Origin: a virus
Direction: 5' to 3' (one strand)
Virus record (IMG/VR): IMGVR_UViG_3300045988_147372
Location: 1-42,832 of that record
DNA length: 42,832 nt
In this document: positions 8,009-17,653 of the stretch, one piece after another
Numbering within the stretch: the stretch's first letter is position 1
How the letters are laid out: each line of letters opens with the position of its first letter
Program-made: the position numbers and the translations under genes
Notes under the pieces: generated by a model
Databases searched by the model: none
Seen by the model: the letters and a program-made list of their open reading frames with translations, nothing else
Told to the model about the DNA's origin: nothing

Positions 8009-11000
8009 TGTAGATATGGCACTCCTTTCCTGTACATTTGAATACGGCCATTTCGTTCAATTTTGATGCGTAACGGCTCAGCCATTTCATTAACCATGCT
8101 CTTGCCATTCAACGATACATCGGTTTGAACATTGATTACTTTGGGCTGTACTGTGCCGGTGCTAAAGCTATTGACAGCGTTTTGAACATCAGGAACTGAA
8201 TTAATTGCCTGAATCTGCGATGATTTGAATCCTTGTAATGCTTTGGCAAAGATACTAGAAGAACTAGTCTTGGCACGTTCAGTTATCGCTGCCATGAGCA
8301 ACTGATCAGCGTTATCTTTTGTAACATTGACAACATACTCAGTACCGTCCTCACCGACCACAGCCGATGTAGCTTTGTCAAATCTTCCGCCGTAGGCTAA
8401 ACGCCGACTGCCCTGAGGACCAGAGTGCAACCAATCAGTCTTTGCATGGCCCCAAATGACAGTGTTACCAATACTATTTTGCCAATCTGAATTATTGAAA
8501 AAGGCCAGCAACTGGTCGTAAGGATTCATGATATTAGTATGCCCAGGCATCGCATAATGCATGAAGGTACCAGGAGTATATTGCAAGATGCCTCGTGCTT
8601 CGTTGCCGCCTGAGTTAATATCGTGTATTTGTTGAACAATGTTACGACCGCCGCTTTCAGACTGAATGGTAGCCTGAAGCATGCGGATAAAGCTGTCTGA
8701 TGGGCTCAATCCCATCTCTTTTGCGGCTTTCAGAATCAATTCTGGGTTGTAGTTTCCACCAGACGTTTCATCCTCTTTGGCTTTCTGGAATAGAGACGTA
8801 AACACGTTTAAAAATCCGTCCTTAATCCCTTTAAGAGTCCCGCCACCAAAATCAGACCGCATTGACGACCATTTTTGACCATCACTGGTTGCAAGCTTCT
8901 TAATGCCAGTCTTGTCTTCAATCCAACTCCAAGCACCAGATACACCCTTATCAATGAAATTCATAGCACTACCGAACGCATGTGCAATTTCTGAACCTAC
9001 TCCAGAAGCGATTTTCTTAGCACCATCAAATAAATCAGAGATAGTACCAAAAATACCGGTAGCGTGGTGTGGCAATGCATTAGTCATCTTTAAGAATTCT
9101 TCTGATTGGTTGTGAGGCAAAATGCTCGTGCCGGCTGGTAAGAAAGTGGTTTCCATGCCATGGACGCCTAGTGGAAAAATACCAAGGCTAGGATGATGAG
9201 CCAGCTCAAATCCTTCTTCACCAACAACGGCAACTTGATCTTCCCGTGTACCACCAGTACCAATGGCATAACGATTCCAGTGACCAGAAGGCTTTTTGCC
9301 CCAAAGTTTTCCTACCCAATTCCATGCATCAATCAGGTGATTCCAAACACCGGCAACGCCATCCAAGAATCGATCCCAAATGCTCTTAACATCACCTGTT
9401 TCAGTGTTTACCGCACTCTTATGCTCTCCAGCCTGTTTTGTGGCTTCTGAAACGACTTCATCGTGTTGCTTTCTGGCATGGCTGACGGTGTCATCACGTT
9501 GCTTCTTAGCCGCACTGATTGTATCGTCTCTTTGCCTTGTAGCATCTCCGACGATCTTTTCATACTGAGACTTTGAGATAGAGTGATTAACATAATATTC
9601 TGTTTCAGCGGCAGAAGTTGTTGCCTTGTATTTCTTGTTAGCAGCGTCTTTTGCCTCGTTGTAAGTTTTATTAGCAGCATCCACGATGGCATTAGTCTGC
9701 TTTGCCGAAGTAGAGATGACTTCCTTCAGTTCCGCTTGGCCCATCTTGTGTTTGTCTTCTGACAGCTTCTGAAGAAGATCTTTTTCCTTGCCCGCACTGA
9801 CTTTTAAGCTTTGATAGGTGTTGGCATCTGCTTGCGATTGTAAAGTCTTCATGGTCTTAAGATGGTTGCTTTGAAGCTTTTGAAGATCTTTATCCTCTTG
9901 GTCTTTGAGCTTCTTTTTCTCTGCTGCAACTTTACGCGCAGTTGTGGCGTCAAACCCGGCAAGCTCTTCCTTAGTAGCACCTGCTTTGACAAGCTTTTCA
10001 CGTTCAGCAGCACGATCTTTCAAAATCTTGTTGACGGCATCGGTACTCTTCTTTTCGTACTTGCTCTCGGTATCATTACGATCCTTGAAGTACTTTTCGC
10101 TTTCCTTCTGCATGTCAGCATATGATTTCTTCATTTGTGCGGCCTTAGTGGCATCGTTCTTTTTTTCTTTAGCCAAAGCTTCATCAGCCTGTTTTTGAGT
10201 GATAGAGCCATTTTGGGCCAGCAAATCTAAGTCTTTTTTGGATTTGCTTTCCTTACCCTTGTAATAGTCATCGACGCTTTTTGACATGTGAGCATATGCT
10301 TTGGTCATATCAGCTTCGATTTTGTCAGCTTGTTTACCGGTGGCGCTTCCAAGCATGATGGTGTCACCCATGATCTTGTCCATGTCACCTTGATACGACT
10401 TGACAAATCTTTTGACACTACCATGCAATTTATCAGTAGCCTGTGTCATGCCGTTGCTAAGTTTCGGATGAAAAGTGGATTCAACACCTTTTTGAACTTC
10501 CTGACCAATCTTTTTGCCAACACTAGAACCGGCAACGCCTCCAGCAGCAGCTCCTAAACCAGCACCAATAGCAGTGCCTATAGGACCTGCAAATGTACCG
10601 ACAGCAGCTCCTGCCGCAGCACCACCAGCCCAAGTGCCTAAAGCACCACCAGCAGCACTACCAGCATTCCCACCGATAGTTTTTTTGGTTGATCCTACCA
10701 AATCTCCCAGTGAAGAGATAATGCTGATGGCAGTACCAACTCCCGCTAATCCTTTGGCTGCTCCAGCGGCTTTTGAAAATTTGGACGTGAAACTGGACGC
10801 GCCACTTAAATCTTCAAGTGCGTCCTCTCCAACTTTTGCAGTGCCACCAGAGAAAATACGACTGAATAGGCCACCTCGTTTGCTAGAATTGACAGCCACG
10901 TTTTCGGCCTCTTCAACTGCAGTACCAGTGGCTCCCTTTTTACCCAGACTCGGCAGATTGATACCACCGCCGGAACCATCACCAAATATCTTGGTTGCAA

Positions 11001-12636
11001 TGCCTAGCTCCATGATTGCTTTTCTAGCATCATTAACTGACTTTATCCAACCAGTTATCTTTTTGATAGCAAAGAACGCCAGCCAAACTTTAGTTAGATT
11101 TTCAATTTCAGTTTTATGAGCAACAACCTTTTTCAGAAGATCGTTAATAGTGTTCAGAGGGTCTTCAGCCTTTTTTCCTTTATCGCCTAGTAAACCAAAA
11201 GCAGACGCAATTCCCGTAACAACATCGTAAGCGGTATGCCAAATAGTGCCACCAATAATTTGACCAATCTTATACAGACTGCCAAAAATATCAACAATGT
11301 CATTCTTATGCTCGTTGATATAACCCAAAAGCTTGATTGCGCCGCTTAAAGCAAAAGATAGTGCAGATGATATTCCTGAAGCATATTGCTTGATCATGTC
11401 ATCGGAAAGCAAGCCTTTAATATCATTCATCGAGGATTTAGTCATCGTGAACGCGGAACTCGTGATATCGCCCATTAAAGTCGAAAACTTAGAGTGAATG
11501 AACATACCCATGCCCATAAACGAGGTCATAGCTTCTTGCGTACCACTGGCATATTTCTTTCCCAAATAATCGAGTGTTTCAGTAAACTGCTCTGCAGAAA
11601 GTTTTCCGGCAGCAGACATGGCGTAAAGCTCGGACATGCTTTTGCCCGTGGCTTTTTGTAAAGCTTCACCAAACATTGGGAAACGGTTAATCATGACCGC
11701 CATGTCTTCGGAAGATGCCTTCCCACCAGCAACAATTTTTGCAAATTGTTCACCAGACTCGGCAAGTGCATCATTCGTCATGTGCAGAGTAGAACCTAAC
11801 GCGACAAATGAATCCGTCCACCGTTTGGTTTCATCAACATTAGAATGTACGTGGTAAAAGCTTTGAGCCATTTCATTAATCGTGCCTGTGGAGTAAATGG
11901 TAGACTGGCCCAGTTTGTTAATATAATCAATCAACTGTTGGCCGTCTTGTGGCGCCTCTGTCGTAAGGGATTTCCAAACAGTCCTCATGGTGTCTTGTTC
12001 CTTGTTGTACTCCATACCAGCTTGATAAGCTTCTTTCAAACCCGATGTGAGAGCGCCAATTCCAGAACTAATGAGGTTAGCTGCTAACGATCCAGCAATG
12101 ATTTCCTTAAGATGGCTGAATCCTTTGCCAGTGGTTTCAACCTGCTCATCGACATGTTTCAGTGGTGCTGAGGCCTCATCTTTTGCTTTAACTACAGTTT
12201 CAGTGTTCTTGGGAATATCCTGTTGCTTCTTCTCAATCTTCTCAAGGGGAACTGTGGCTTCATCTTTGACCTTGATTTCGCTCTGGACTTCCTTGGGAAG
12301 TGACTTAATCAATTTCTCAAAATCAATAGCTTTGCCGTCTTCTACCTTGGTCAGCAATTCAACTCGCTGTTCTTTAGGTAGCTTTTTCAGAATGGCACTG
12401 AAGTTCTTAATACCAGCATCTTTGGCTTCTGCAATGAGTTCAGTCTTGACTTCTTTTGGAAAACTAGCCAGAGTCCGCTTAGCCTTATTTGTGTTCTCCT
12501 TGATGGCATTGTCCATCTTATCGCCGGCTTGACTGCCAAAGTCCTTTAGGATTTTGTCTGCTTGCTCAGTATCGCTAATGAGCTGATCCTTGCCCTTCAG
12601 AGCAACTTCGATCGAGATCGTTCCATCTGCTGCCAT
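8005..12636 (-). CDS. Tape measure protein with C-terminal lytic transglycosylase-like domain
   Basis: 1543 aa, the largest ORF. K/E/A-rich coiled coil and a Gly/Ala-rich hydrophobic block. SLT-like motif ESGGRN...ARGILQYTPGTF. Confidence 0.85.
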   Translation of the reverse strand: MAADGTISIEVALKGKDQLISDTEQADKILKDFGSQAGDKMDNAIKENTNKAKRTLASFPKEVKTELIAEAKDAGIKNFSAILKKLPKEQRVELLTKVEDGKAIDFEKLIKSLPKEVQSEIKVKDEATVPLEKIEKKQQDIPKNTETVVKAKDEASAPLKHVDEQVETTGKGFSHLKEIIAGSLAANLISSGIGALTSGLKEAYQAGMEYNKEQDTMRTVWKSLTTEAPQDGQQLIDYINKLGQSTIYSTGTINEMAQSFYHVHSNVDETKRWTDSFVALGSTLHMTNDALAESGEQFAKIVAGGKASSEDMAVMINRFPMFGEALQKATGKSMSELYAMSAAGKLSAEQFTETLDYLGKKYASGTQEAMTSFMGMGMFIHSKFSTLMGDITSSAFTMTKSSMNDIKGLLSDDMIKQYASGISSALSFALSGAIKLLGYINEHKNDIVDIFGSLYKIGQIIGGTIWHTAYDVVTGIASAFGLLGDKGKKAEDPLNTINDLLKKVVAHKTEIENLTKVWLAFFAIKKITGWIKSVNDARKAIMELGIATKIFGDGSGGGINLPSLGKKGATGTAVEEAENVAVNSSKRGGLFSRIFSGGTAKVGEDALEDLSGASSFTSKFSKAAGAAKGLAGVGTAISIISSLGDLVGSTKKTIGGNAGSAAGGALGTWAGGAAAGAAVGTFAGPIGTAIGAGLGAAAGGVAGSSVGKKIGQEVQKGVESTFHPKLSNGMTQATDKLHGSVKRFVKSYQGDMDKIMGDTIMLGSATGKQADKIEADMTKAYAHMSKSVDDYYKGKESKSKKDLDLLAQNGSITQKQADEALAKEKKNDATKAAQMKKSYADMQKESEKYFKDRNDTESKYEKKSTDAVNKILKDRAAEREKLVKAGATKEELAGFDATTARKVAAEKKKLKDQEDKDLQKLQSNHLKTMKTLQSQADANTYQSLKVSAGKEKDLLQKLSEDKHKMGQAELKEVISTSAKQTNAIVDAANKTYNEAKDAANKKYKATTSAAETEYYVNHSISKSQYEKIVGDATRQRDDTISAAKKQRDDTVSHARKQHDEVVSEATKQAGEHKSAVNTETGDVKSIWDRFLDGVAGVWNHLIDAWNWVGKLWGKKPSGHWNRYAIGTGGTREDQVAVVGEEGFELAHHPSLGIFPLGVHGMETTFLPAGTSILPHNQSEEFLKMTNALPHHATGIFGTISDLFDGAKKIASGVGSEIAHAFGSAMNFIDKGVSGAWSWIEDKTGIKKLATSDGQKWSSMRSDFGGGTLKGIKDGFLNVFTSLFQKAKEDETSGGNYNPELILKAAKEMGLSPSDSFIRMLQATIQSESGGRNIVQQIHDINSGGNEARGILQYTPGTFMHYAMPGHTNIMNPYDQLLAFFNNSDWQNSIGNTVIWGHAKTDWLHSGPQGSRRLAYGGRFDKATSAVVGEDGTEYVVNVTKDNADQLLMAAITERAKTSSSSIFAKALQGFKSSQIQAINSVPDVQNAVNSFSTGTVQPKVINVQTDVSLNGKSMVNEMAEPLRIKIERNGRIQMYRKGVPYLQ
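9406..9537 (-). repeat. Four tandem 33-nt (11-aa) repeats inside the tape measure gene
   Basis: RQRDDTISAAK / KQRDDTVSHAR / KQHDEVVSEAT / KQAGEHKSAVN. Confidence 0.6.
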
Positions 12637-12654
12637 TGTGTGTTCCCCCTTTCA

Positions 12655-13284
12655 TCATTTGTTTGCGCTGGACGCCCATGCAGCAAAGAAATCAGCCGCT
12701 TCAGCAGAGTGCTTTGCATTACGGTACTTGTCCAAAATGTAGTAATTCTGTAAATCAACCAAGTTAATCAAATCCTTGCCTTCAAGTCCCTGACGAGACC
12801 GTTGCCGAATATCAATGATGCGCATAAAATAAGACGAACCCGGTAAGCCGTCCAACATGGCACGAAACTTGTGCCAATGTAGCTTTCCAAGCTCGTCTTC
12901 TAAGTCGATGCCATAAAATGCTCGTATGCTTGACCAAATAGCGGGTGCATCCTGAACGTAAGAGAAAAACTCCTCTTGTGCTCCACCAGTTACTGATGAT
13001 TCTTCATCGGCTTCTGTTTGCATTTCCGAATCATGATAGGGCTGCTGACCGATGTACTGATTAATCCACTGAAGTGCATTTAACCGATCTTCTGGCGCGA
13101 CACCATCAGCATTAACAAACATGTGCCAACCAATGACGCCCTTTTGAGCATCGGTCTTGTCCTCGCGATCAAGCAGTTCGAACCATCGCAACACATTATC
13201 AAACGCCAAATTCACGCGATATTTCTTACCTTCACACTGCCAATACCAAGCTAACGGTTGCGTTAGGCTAATCATTGTCCTCAT
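12655..13284 (-). CDS. Gp15-like tail assembly protein (second chaperone ORF)
   Basis: ATG at 13284 (or 13275). Begins MRTMISLTQPLAWYWQCEGKKYRVNLAFDNVLRWFELL. The ORF stays open upstream to 13377, in the +1 frame relative to the preceding gene. Confidence 0.55.
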   Translation of the reverse strand: MRTMISLTQPLAWYWQCEGKKYRVNLAFDNVLRWFELLDREDKTDAQKGVIGWHMFVNADGVAPEDRLNALQWINQYIGQQPYHDSEMQTEADEESSVTGGAQEEFFSYVQDAPAIWSSIRAFYGIDLEDELGKLHWHKFRAMLDGLPGSSYFMRIIDIRQRSRQGLEGKDLINLVDLQNYYILDKYRNAKHSAEAADFFAAWASSANK

Positions 13285-13699
13285 TCCCGTCAAATGCAGG
13301 ATATTCAGCATCTTGAGCGTCCTTAATTGCCTTGTCAGATGCCCGTTTAACCAGACCAAGGACAAAAAACAAGCCATCGGTGCTTTGATCTAAATCGCTG
13401 TAAAGCTTATCGGCTTTTTCTTTTCCGATCGTCTGTACAAAGAAGTCCATAACGATTTCATGTTCTTTATTGAGGGCGTCACGTACAAAAGCAAGCTGAT
13501 CTTCAACTGGCTTTTTGTCGATGTCATCAGCCCCCTCGTCATCACTAGCTAATTGCTTAGCATATGCATTGGCCTTGACCCAAGCATCGCCCAAAGCATG
13601 CCGCGTCTTATCCGAAAAACGGAACGTGTATGTTTCACCTTTATACGTTAAGTCCTGTTTAGTCGCTAATACGTCATCTAAATTAATTACATTGCTCAT
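13268..13699 (-). CDS. Tail assembly chaperone (gpG-like)
   Basis: 143-aa acidic protein between the major tail protein and the tape measure. Confidence 0.55.
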   Translation of the reverse strand: MSNVINLDDVLATKQDLTYKGETYTFRFSDKTRHALGDAWVKANAYAKQLASDDEGADDIDKKPVEDQLAFVRDALNKEHEIVMDFFVQTIGKEKADKLYSDLDQSTDGLFFVLGLVKRASDKAIKDAQDAEYPAFDGNEDND

Positions 13700-13764
13700 G
13701 ATTTCCTCCTAATGGCCGCCTGGGCTTTACCCATACTGTTGATTTCTTTGGCGACCCTGTCCTT

Positions 13765-14025
13765 TTACGCAGCAGTAACAGTTACCGCTGTGCTTGCGGT
13801 TTTACTGCCATCGTGCGTGGTTACGGTAATAGTAGTAGAACCTGCCGAAACACCCGTCACCACGCCGTCAGCGCTGACAGAAGCGACCGCTGTTTTGCTA
13901 GATACATAGCTAACAGCCTTGTCAGTCGCATCGTCCGGGCTCACTGTAGCCCTTAATGCCGTGGTTGCTCCCACTTTTACACTTGCTGTTGCCGGTGCCA
14001 GAGATACCCCAGACACCGTTACGGT
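13765..14025 (-). CDS. Ig-like (Big_2-type) domain reached by -1 frameshift from the major tail protein gene
   Basis: 86 codons open in the -1 frame from the slippery site. The sequence SLAPATASVKVGATTALRATVSPDDATDKAVSYVSS...VTGVSAGSTTITVTT is a bacterial Ig-like fold pattern. No RBS of its own. Confidence 0.65.
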   Translation of the reverse strand, partial: TVTVSGVSLAPATASVKVGATTALRATVSPDDATDKAVSYVSSKTAVASVSADGVVTGVSAGSTTITVTTHDGSKTASTAVTVTAA

Positions 14026-14486
14026 TTTGGGACCGCAGGAGTATAAACGGGTTTGCCGTTGAATGCCAAAATGAAGGACATCGTCTGTTTAGCACCTGGA
14101 GCACCACCAGAAGTAACAATGTTGCTGATAGTAACTAAGCCAACAACTGTAGAACCATCAGCCTGCGTCCAACGTGCCAAAGTCTTGAGATTATCGCCAA
14201 GATCAAGCAAGTGACTTGCGATATAGTCCTGAGCTGGGTCGCCTTCCAAACGGTGCCCGGTATAAGCCAGCTGGAGACGTTTGCCAGTAACATCAGTAGA
14301 ACCATAACCTTCACCGTCGTAATAGACGTCATTAGCCGTTGTTTCATTTAGAGTCGGCGTAAAGTTATTAATGCCGGCTGCCAGTGGTGCAAAGCTAGCA
14401 TTGGTGATATCTGACGGATCTTTACCGCCTTTGGTGTCAATCTCAAACTTGTTTTTAAAGTTCAAGTTAAATTCTTTTGCTGCCAT
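14019..14486 (-). CDS. Major tail protein
   Basis: 155 aa, in the position after the head-tail joining genes and before the chaperones. Confidence 0.7.
   Translation of the reverse strand: MAAKEFNLNFKNKFEIDTKGGKDPSDITNASFAPLAAGINNFTPTLNETTANDVYYDGEGYGSTDVTGKRLQLAYTGHRLEGDPAQDYIASHLLDLGDNLKTLARWTQADGSTVVGLVTISNIVTSGGAPGAKQTMSFILAFNGKPVYTPAVPKP
14025..14031 (-). promoter_or_regulatory. -1 programmed ribosomal frameshift heptamer C_CCA_AAA
   Basis: Zero frame reads GTC CCA AAA CCG TAA. The -1 frame reads CCC AAA ACC GTA ACG GTG. This is a canonical X_XXY_YYZ site one sense codon (CCG) upstream of the stop. Confidence 0.6.
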
Positions 14487-14492
14487 GAAAAA

Positions 14493-14885
14493 TCACTCCT
14501 CGTATTTATTTGCTGTTACGTTCATAGCGATATCAATCGTGTATACAAAAAAGCCACGTGAATCAGCTTGTGTAATGCTGGGTTCAGACGTGGTTTCAAT
14601 TTTTTCAAAGTGGAAATCATCAGACGGAAGTTCCTTCAAGTGCTTAACAAAGTCCGAGACTAGCCACATGATCGTATTACCCAATTGCTGATCCTTGGTA
14701 CGGATAGCAACTTCGTAATATAGCCGAGTTTCTTGATTGCCAGCGAAATCTTCATCAACCACCGATCCGTTTTTTGTTGGATAGATTGAAAGAGATTCAT
14801 CAGCAGAAAGGAAACCCATACTGGCTCTCTGTGGCATATCAGGGATCGTGTTAATTGCATCCGTCAACGTTTTTAAGGCATTCAT
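14493..14885 (-). CDS. Tail terminator / head-tail joining protein
   Basis: 130 aa. Call rests on synteny only. Confidence 0.45.
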   Translation of the reverse strand: MNALKTLTDAINTIPDMPQRASMGFLSADESLSIYPTKNGSVVDEDFAGNQETRLYYEVAIRTKDQQLGNTIMWLVSDFVKHLKELPSDDFHFEKIETTSEPSITQADSRGFFVYTIDIAMNVTANKYEE

Positions 14886-15250
14886 AGGTTCAGTCCCTTC
14901 AGATAGGCCTCACGAATTCGGTTCATCTTTTGATCGTTGTCTTCAATCATTTTGTCCCAGTGGGGGCCGGTTCCTTTTTTTGTCCAGTGCTGGAAGACAA
15001 CCTTGGTTCCGTCCTTTTTGGTGTATCCGCCGTTGAACTGAACCGCTGCATAAGCACTGTCAAAGTCAACGTTTGAACCGTTAGGAGTTGCTGTGCCGCG
15101 CAGGTCACCATTAAGTCTTGGCACAACGCCGGTATTGTAATCAGTCAGTTCCGTACCGAGCTGAGTAGCAGCGGCTGTGAGAGCTTTGCTTTGGGCTTTC
15201 GGTCCAAGTTTACTCATCAAATCAACATCAACTGTTACTTTCACGCCCAT
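14882..15250 (-). CDS. HK97 gp10-like head-tail joining protein
   Basis: Start moved to MGVKVTVDVDL behind RBS GGAGGTG. ATGA-type overlap with the upstream stop. Confidence 0.5.
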   Translation of the reverse strand: MGVKVTVDVDLMSKLGPKAQSKALTAAATQLGTELTDYNTGVVPRLNGDLRGTATPNGSNVDFDSAYAAVQFNGGYTKKDGTKVVFQHWTKKGTGPHWDKMIEDNDQKMNRIREAYLKGLNL

Positions 15251-15600
15251 CACAGCACCTCCAATTCGTACCCCCATATTTCAGGCGTATCAGCATCTTT
15301 TAAAACGTTGACCGTAGTAATGGTGTACTCGCGGTTGTCGAATTCGGCCTGCCCTTGCAGCCAACTATCATCAATTAACGGCATGCCTGAGTTACCAGCA
15401 CATCGAATGTAAATGACGGCTTTAGCAACAATTTCTCGGTCATTATTGGTTCCTGAATATACTGTGCCGCGATCGACTCTAGCGTGCCCAATGACAACCG
15501 GTTCGCTGTAAACGGGCTTCTGCCAATCATCTTTGCCTGTCACTCGATACAACGTGACCGAATCGTTGTATGAAATCAAATCATCGATCTCATCGAACAT
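15250..15600 (-). CDS. Head closure / head-tail adaptor protein
   Basis: Start moved to MFDEIDDLISYND behind RBS GAGGTG. 116 aa. Confidence 0.5.
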   Translation of the reverse strand: MFDEIDDLISYNDSVTLYRVTGKDDWQKPVYSEPVVIGHARVDRGTVYSGTNNDREIVAKAVIYIRCAGNSGMPLIDDSWLQGQAEFDNREYTITTVNVLKDADTPEIWGYELEVL

Positions 15601-16009
15601 AGTCAACACCTCGGTAGAGCAACCCAGTGCCGCTAAGAGCTGCCAGCGCATCAGCACTGATAACCGAGCGCTGTTGGCCATCAGACGAAAACTGGTTATT
15701 ATTCCATGTCTTAGACACCGTAGTACGTCCAATCGTCTTTGAAGCACTTGTTGGCTGACGAATGGCTTGCTCGGTTGTCGTAATACCGGAATCGATCATG
15801 TACGCAATTTGGCGGATGACAGCACGTTTGAATTTGCTAGCCCGTAATGGCCATGGGTCATTGGCAAGATCGTTATCTTGATAGAAGCCGCGTGTTTGCT
15901 CATCTAGATATTCGCTGGCCAAATCTGCCAATTGATCGAAGTTCTTAGGAACATCAGCATCAGTAATATGCATTGCCTGCATGTAATCATCTTTATCTAC
16001 ATAGGCCAT
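15590..16009 (-). CDS. Head-tail connector (gp6-like) protein
   Basis: 139 aa directly after the capsid gene. Call rests on synteny. Confidence 0.5.
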   Translation of the reverse strand: MAYVDKDDYMQAMHITDADVPKNFDQLADLASEYLDEQTRGFYQDNDLANDPWPLRASKFKRAVIRQIAYMIDSGITTTEQAIRQPTSASKTIGRTTVSKTWNNNQFSSDGQQRSVISADALAALSGTGLLYRGVDYVR

Positions 16010-16084
16010 ATAATCACCTCACAAAGCCGCCGGGATTTCCCTATTGTGCATTTCAATGGCGACTAATGTTGTTAATTAAACGTA

Positions 16085-16951
16085 CTATTTACCAGGTGTT
16101 GGAGCTGGATTCGGAGCGTTCACGACAAGTGCCTTGGTGTCGTCTTTAAGCCAAACACCATAGTATTCGTCAACGTTGACCTTGGTTGTCTTATGGTCAA
16201 TATCACGCGCGGTTTCAACTTCCACGCCACGTTTCATGTTAATACCCAGAGCACCAGCCTTAACAGCCAAGTAAGTACCAACAGGGATCTTGCGTGAGGT
16301 AGCAAGCTGCCAGCCGAAGATTTCACCGAGCACACCACTTGTCAGAATCTGATCACCCAGTTCGGAAGCCCGAGTGTAGTCAGATGCTGCAGCCTTACGG
16401 AGCTTGTTGTAGTCCTTCAAGTTCATGTAAAGCACACCACGTACTGGTGAAGAACCTTCGGTGTTGAACTCACTAGTGTCATCTTCAAAAGCGGCTTCGA
16501 TCGCGTCGATCAAATCAAGATCAGGAGCTGCATGAGTCAGTGTTAAACGAGCGTTCAGCAAGGCATCAACGCAATCGTTATCGACCTTAGAACCAATGGC
16601 CATGGACAGCTGGTTAGCAGCTTCCGTCTTTGGATCGCCAAGCCCTACTTGAACAGCAAAGTCAGAGATTTCTACCCCTTTGCCAGCTCGCTTGATCGTC
16701 GAAGTCGTTTTGCCGTTCTGCATTTTGGAATAGTCAATGCTATCTCCTTCGGCAAAATCAACGGCATCACCGATATACTTCCAGTGTGGAACCGTGATAG
16801 TGTCACCTGGAACACCTACAAGAGTGTTATCAACAGTTGCGAGAGGCGAAAAAGTAATTGTCTTAGGAAGCCGTGCCGCGATCATCTGGGCCATAACCTC
16901 AGGAATAATCATTGCGGACTTGTCAGTCGTTTGTGCATTTGGAAAAGCCAT
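16085..16951 (-). CDS. Major capsid protein
   Basis: 288 aa, downstream of the scaffold gene. N-terminus MAFPNAQTTDKSAMIIPEVMAQMI is typical of this capsid family. Confidence 0.75.
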   Translation of the reverse strand: MAFPNAQTTDKSAMIIPEVMAQMIAARLPKTITFSPLATVDNTLVGVPGDTITVPHWKYIGDAVDFAEGDSIDYSKMQNGKTTSTIKRAGKGVEISDFAVQVGLGDPKTEAANQLSMAIGSKVDNDCVDALLNARLTLTHAAPDLDLIDAIEAAFEDDTSEFNTEGSSPVRGVLYMNLKDYNKLRKAAASDYTRASELGDQILTSGVLGEIFGWQLATSRKIPVGTYLAVKAGALGINMKRGVEVETARDIDHKTTKVNVDEYYGVWLKDDTKALVVNAPNPAPTPGK

Positions 16952-16966
16952 TTAAATCATCCTTTC

Positions 16967-17560
16967 TTATTCTTCGTGTGCCATGCTTGCCGCCAACTCT
17001 TCATAGGTGGCAGTGGCTGGATTCAGAGGGCCATTTGCATTTGGATTAGGGTTACCAGGCACTGTAATTGGTGGCGTGTCCTTTGGTTTCTGTGCCTCTT
17101 CAGCTTTGAACAAGAACTTGCTACTGTCATCCGACTTGAGCGCTTCAAGCTGCTCATCTAACCCGGTAACATTGCCTTTCTCGTCCAAGCTAAGCTTGTC
17201 CTTGTCAATCAGGGCTGAGGCCGCTTTGGTGTTCAATGCACCGGCTTTCACCAGAGCAAGCTCAGTCTGATAATTCAGCTTGGTTTCTTTCAGCTGCTTA
17301 GAAGCCTCATCATCCTTCGCCTTATTGTCGGCTTTGAGCTTGTCGATCTCGGCTTGGAAGTCCTTGTCATCCTTGTGCGCTGCTTTAAGCTCATTCAGCT
17401 GCTTATCGGAATCAGTAGCGCGCTGCTTCAAAGCGTCACGTTCAGTAGTTAGCTGAGACACCTGACCCTTTAAATCGTTCACATCGGTACCATGGATTCC
17501 CATAACCCTGTCTACTTGCTCATCAGACAGACCTAATCCTTTTAATTCTTCGTGTTTCAA
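16967..17560 (-). CDS. Scaffolding protein
   Basis: TTG start behind RBS GGGAGAG. Strongly helical, K/D/E-rich, 197 aa, directly upstream of the capsid gene. Confidence 0.65.
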   Translation of the reverse strand: MKHEELKGLGLSDEQVDRVMGIHGTDVNDLKGQVSQLTTERDALKQRATDSDKQLNELKAAHKDDKDFQAEIDKLKADNKAKDDEASKQLKETKLNYQTELALVKAGALNTKAASALIDKDKLSLDEKGNVTGLDEQLEALKSDDSSKFLFKAEEAQKPKDTPPITVPGNPNPNANGPLNPATATYEELAASMAHEE

Positions 17561-17653
17561 TACAATCTCTCCCTTACGTGTTTTTGACGCGGTACGACCG
17601 CGAATTGGGTAAAACAAATAGCAGTTTTACGACATGCTTAGGTCGAGTGGCAT

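Noticed and set aside
10514-11119. 201-aa plus-strand Pro/Ala-rich ORF; likewise 12047..12532, 9905..10198 and other plus-strand ORFs inside the tape measure gene
   Set aside because: They are antisense mirror images of the Gly/Ala-rich and Lys/Glu-rich tape measure coding sequence. They have no RBS and low-complexity composition.
16649-17161. 170-aa plus-strand ORF across the capsid/scaffold junction
   Set aside because: It is antisense to two well-supported structural genes, Cys/Arg-rich, and has no RBS.
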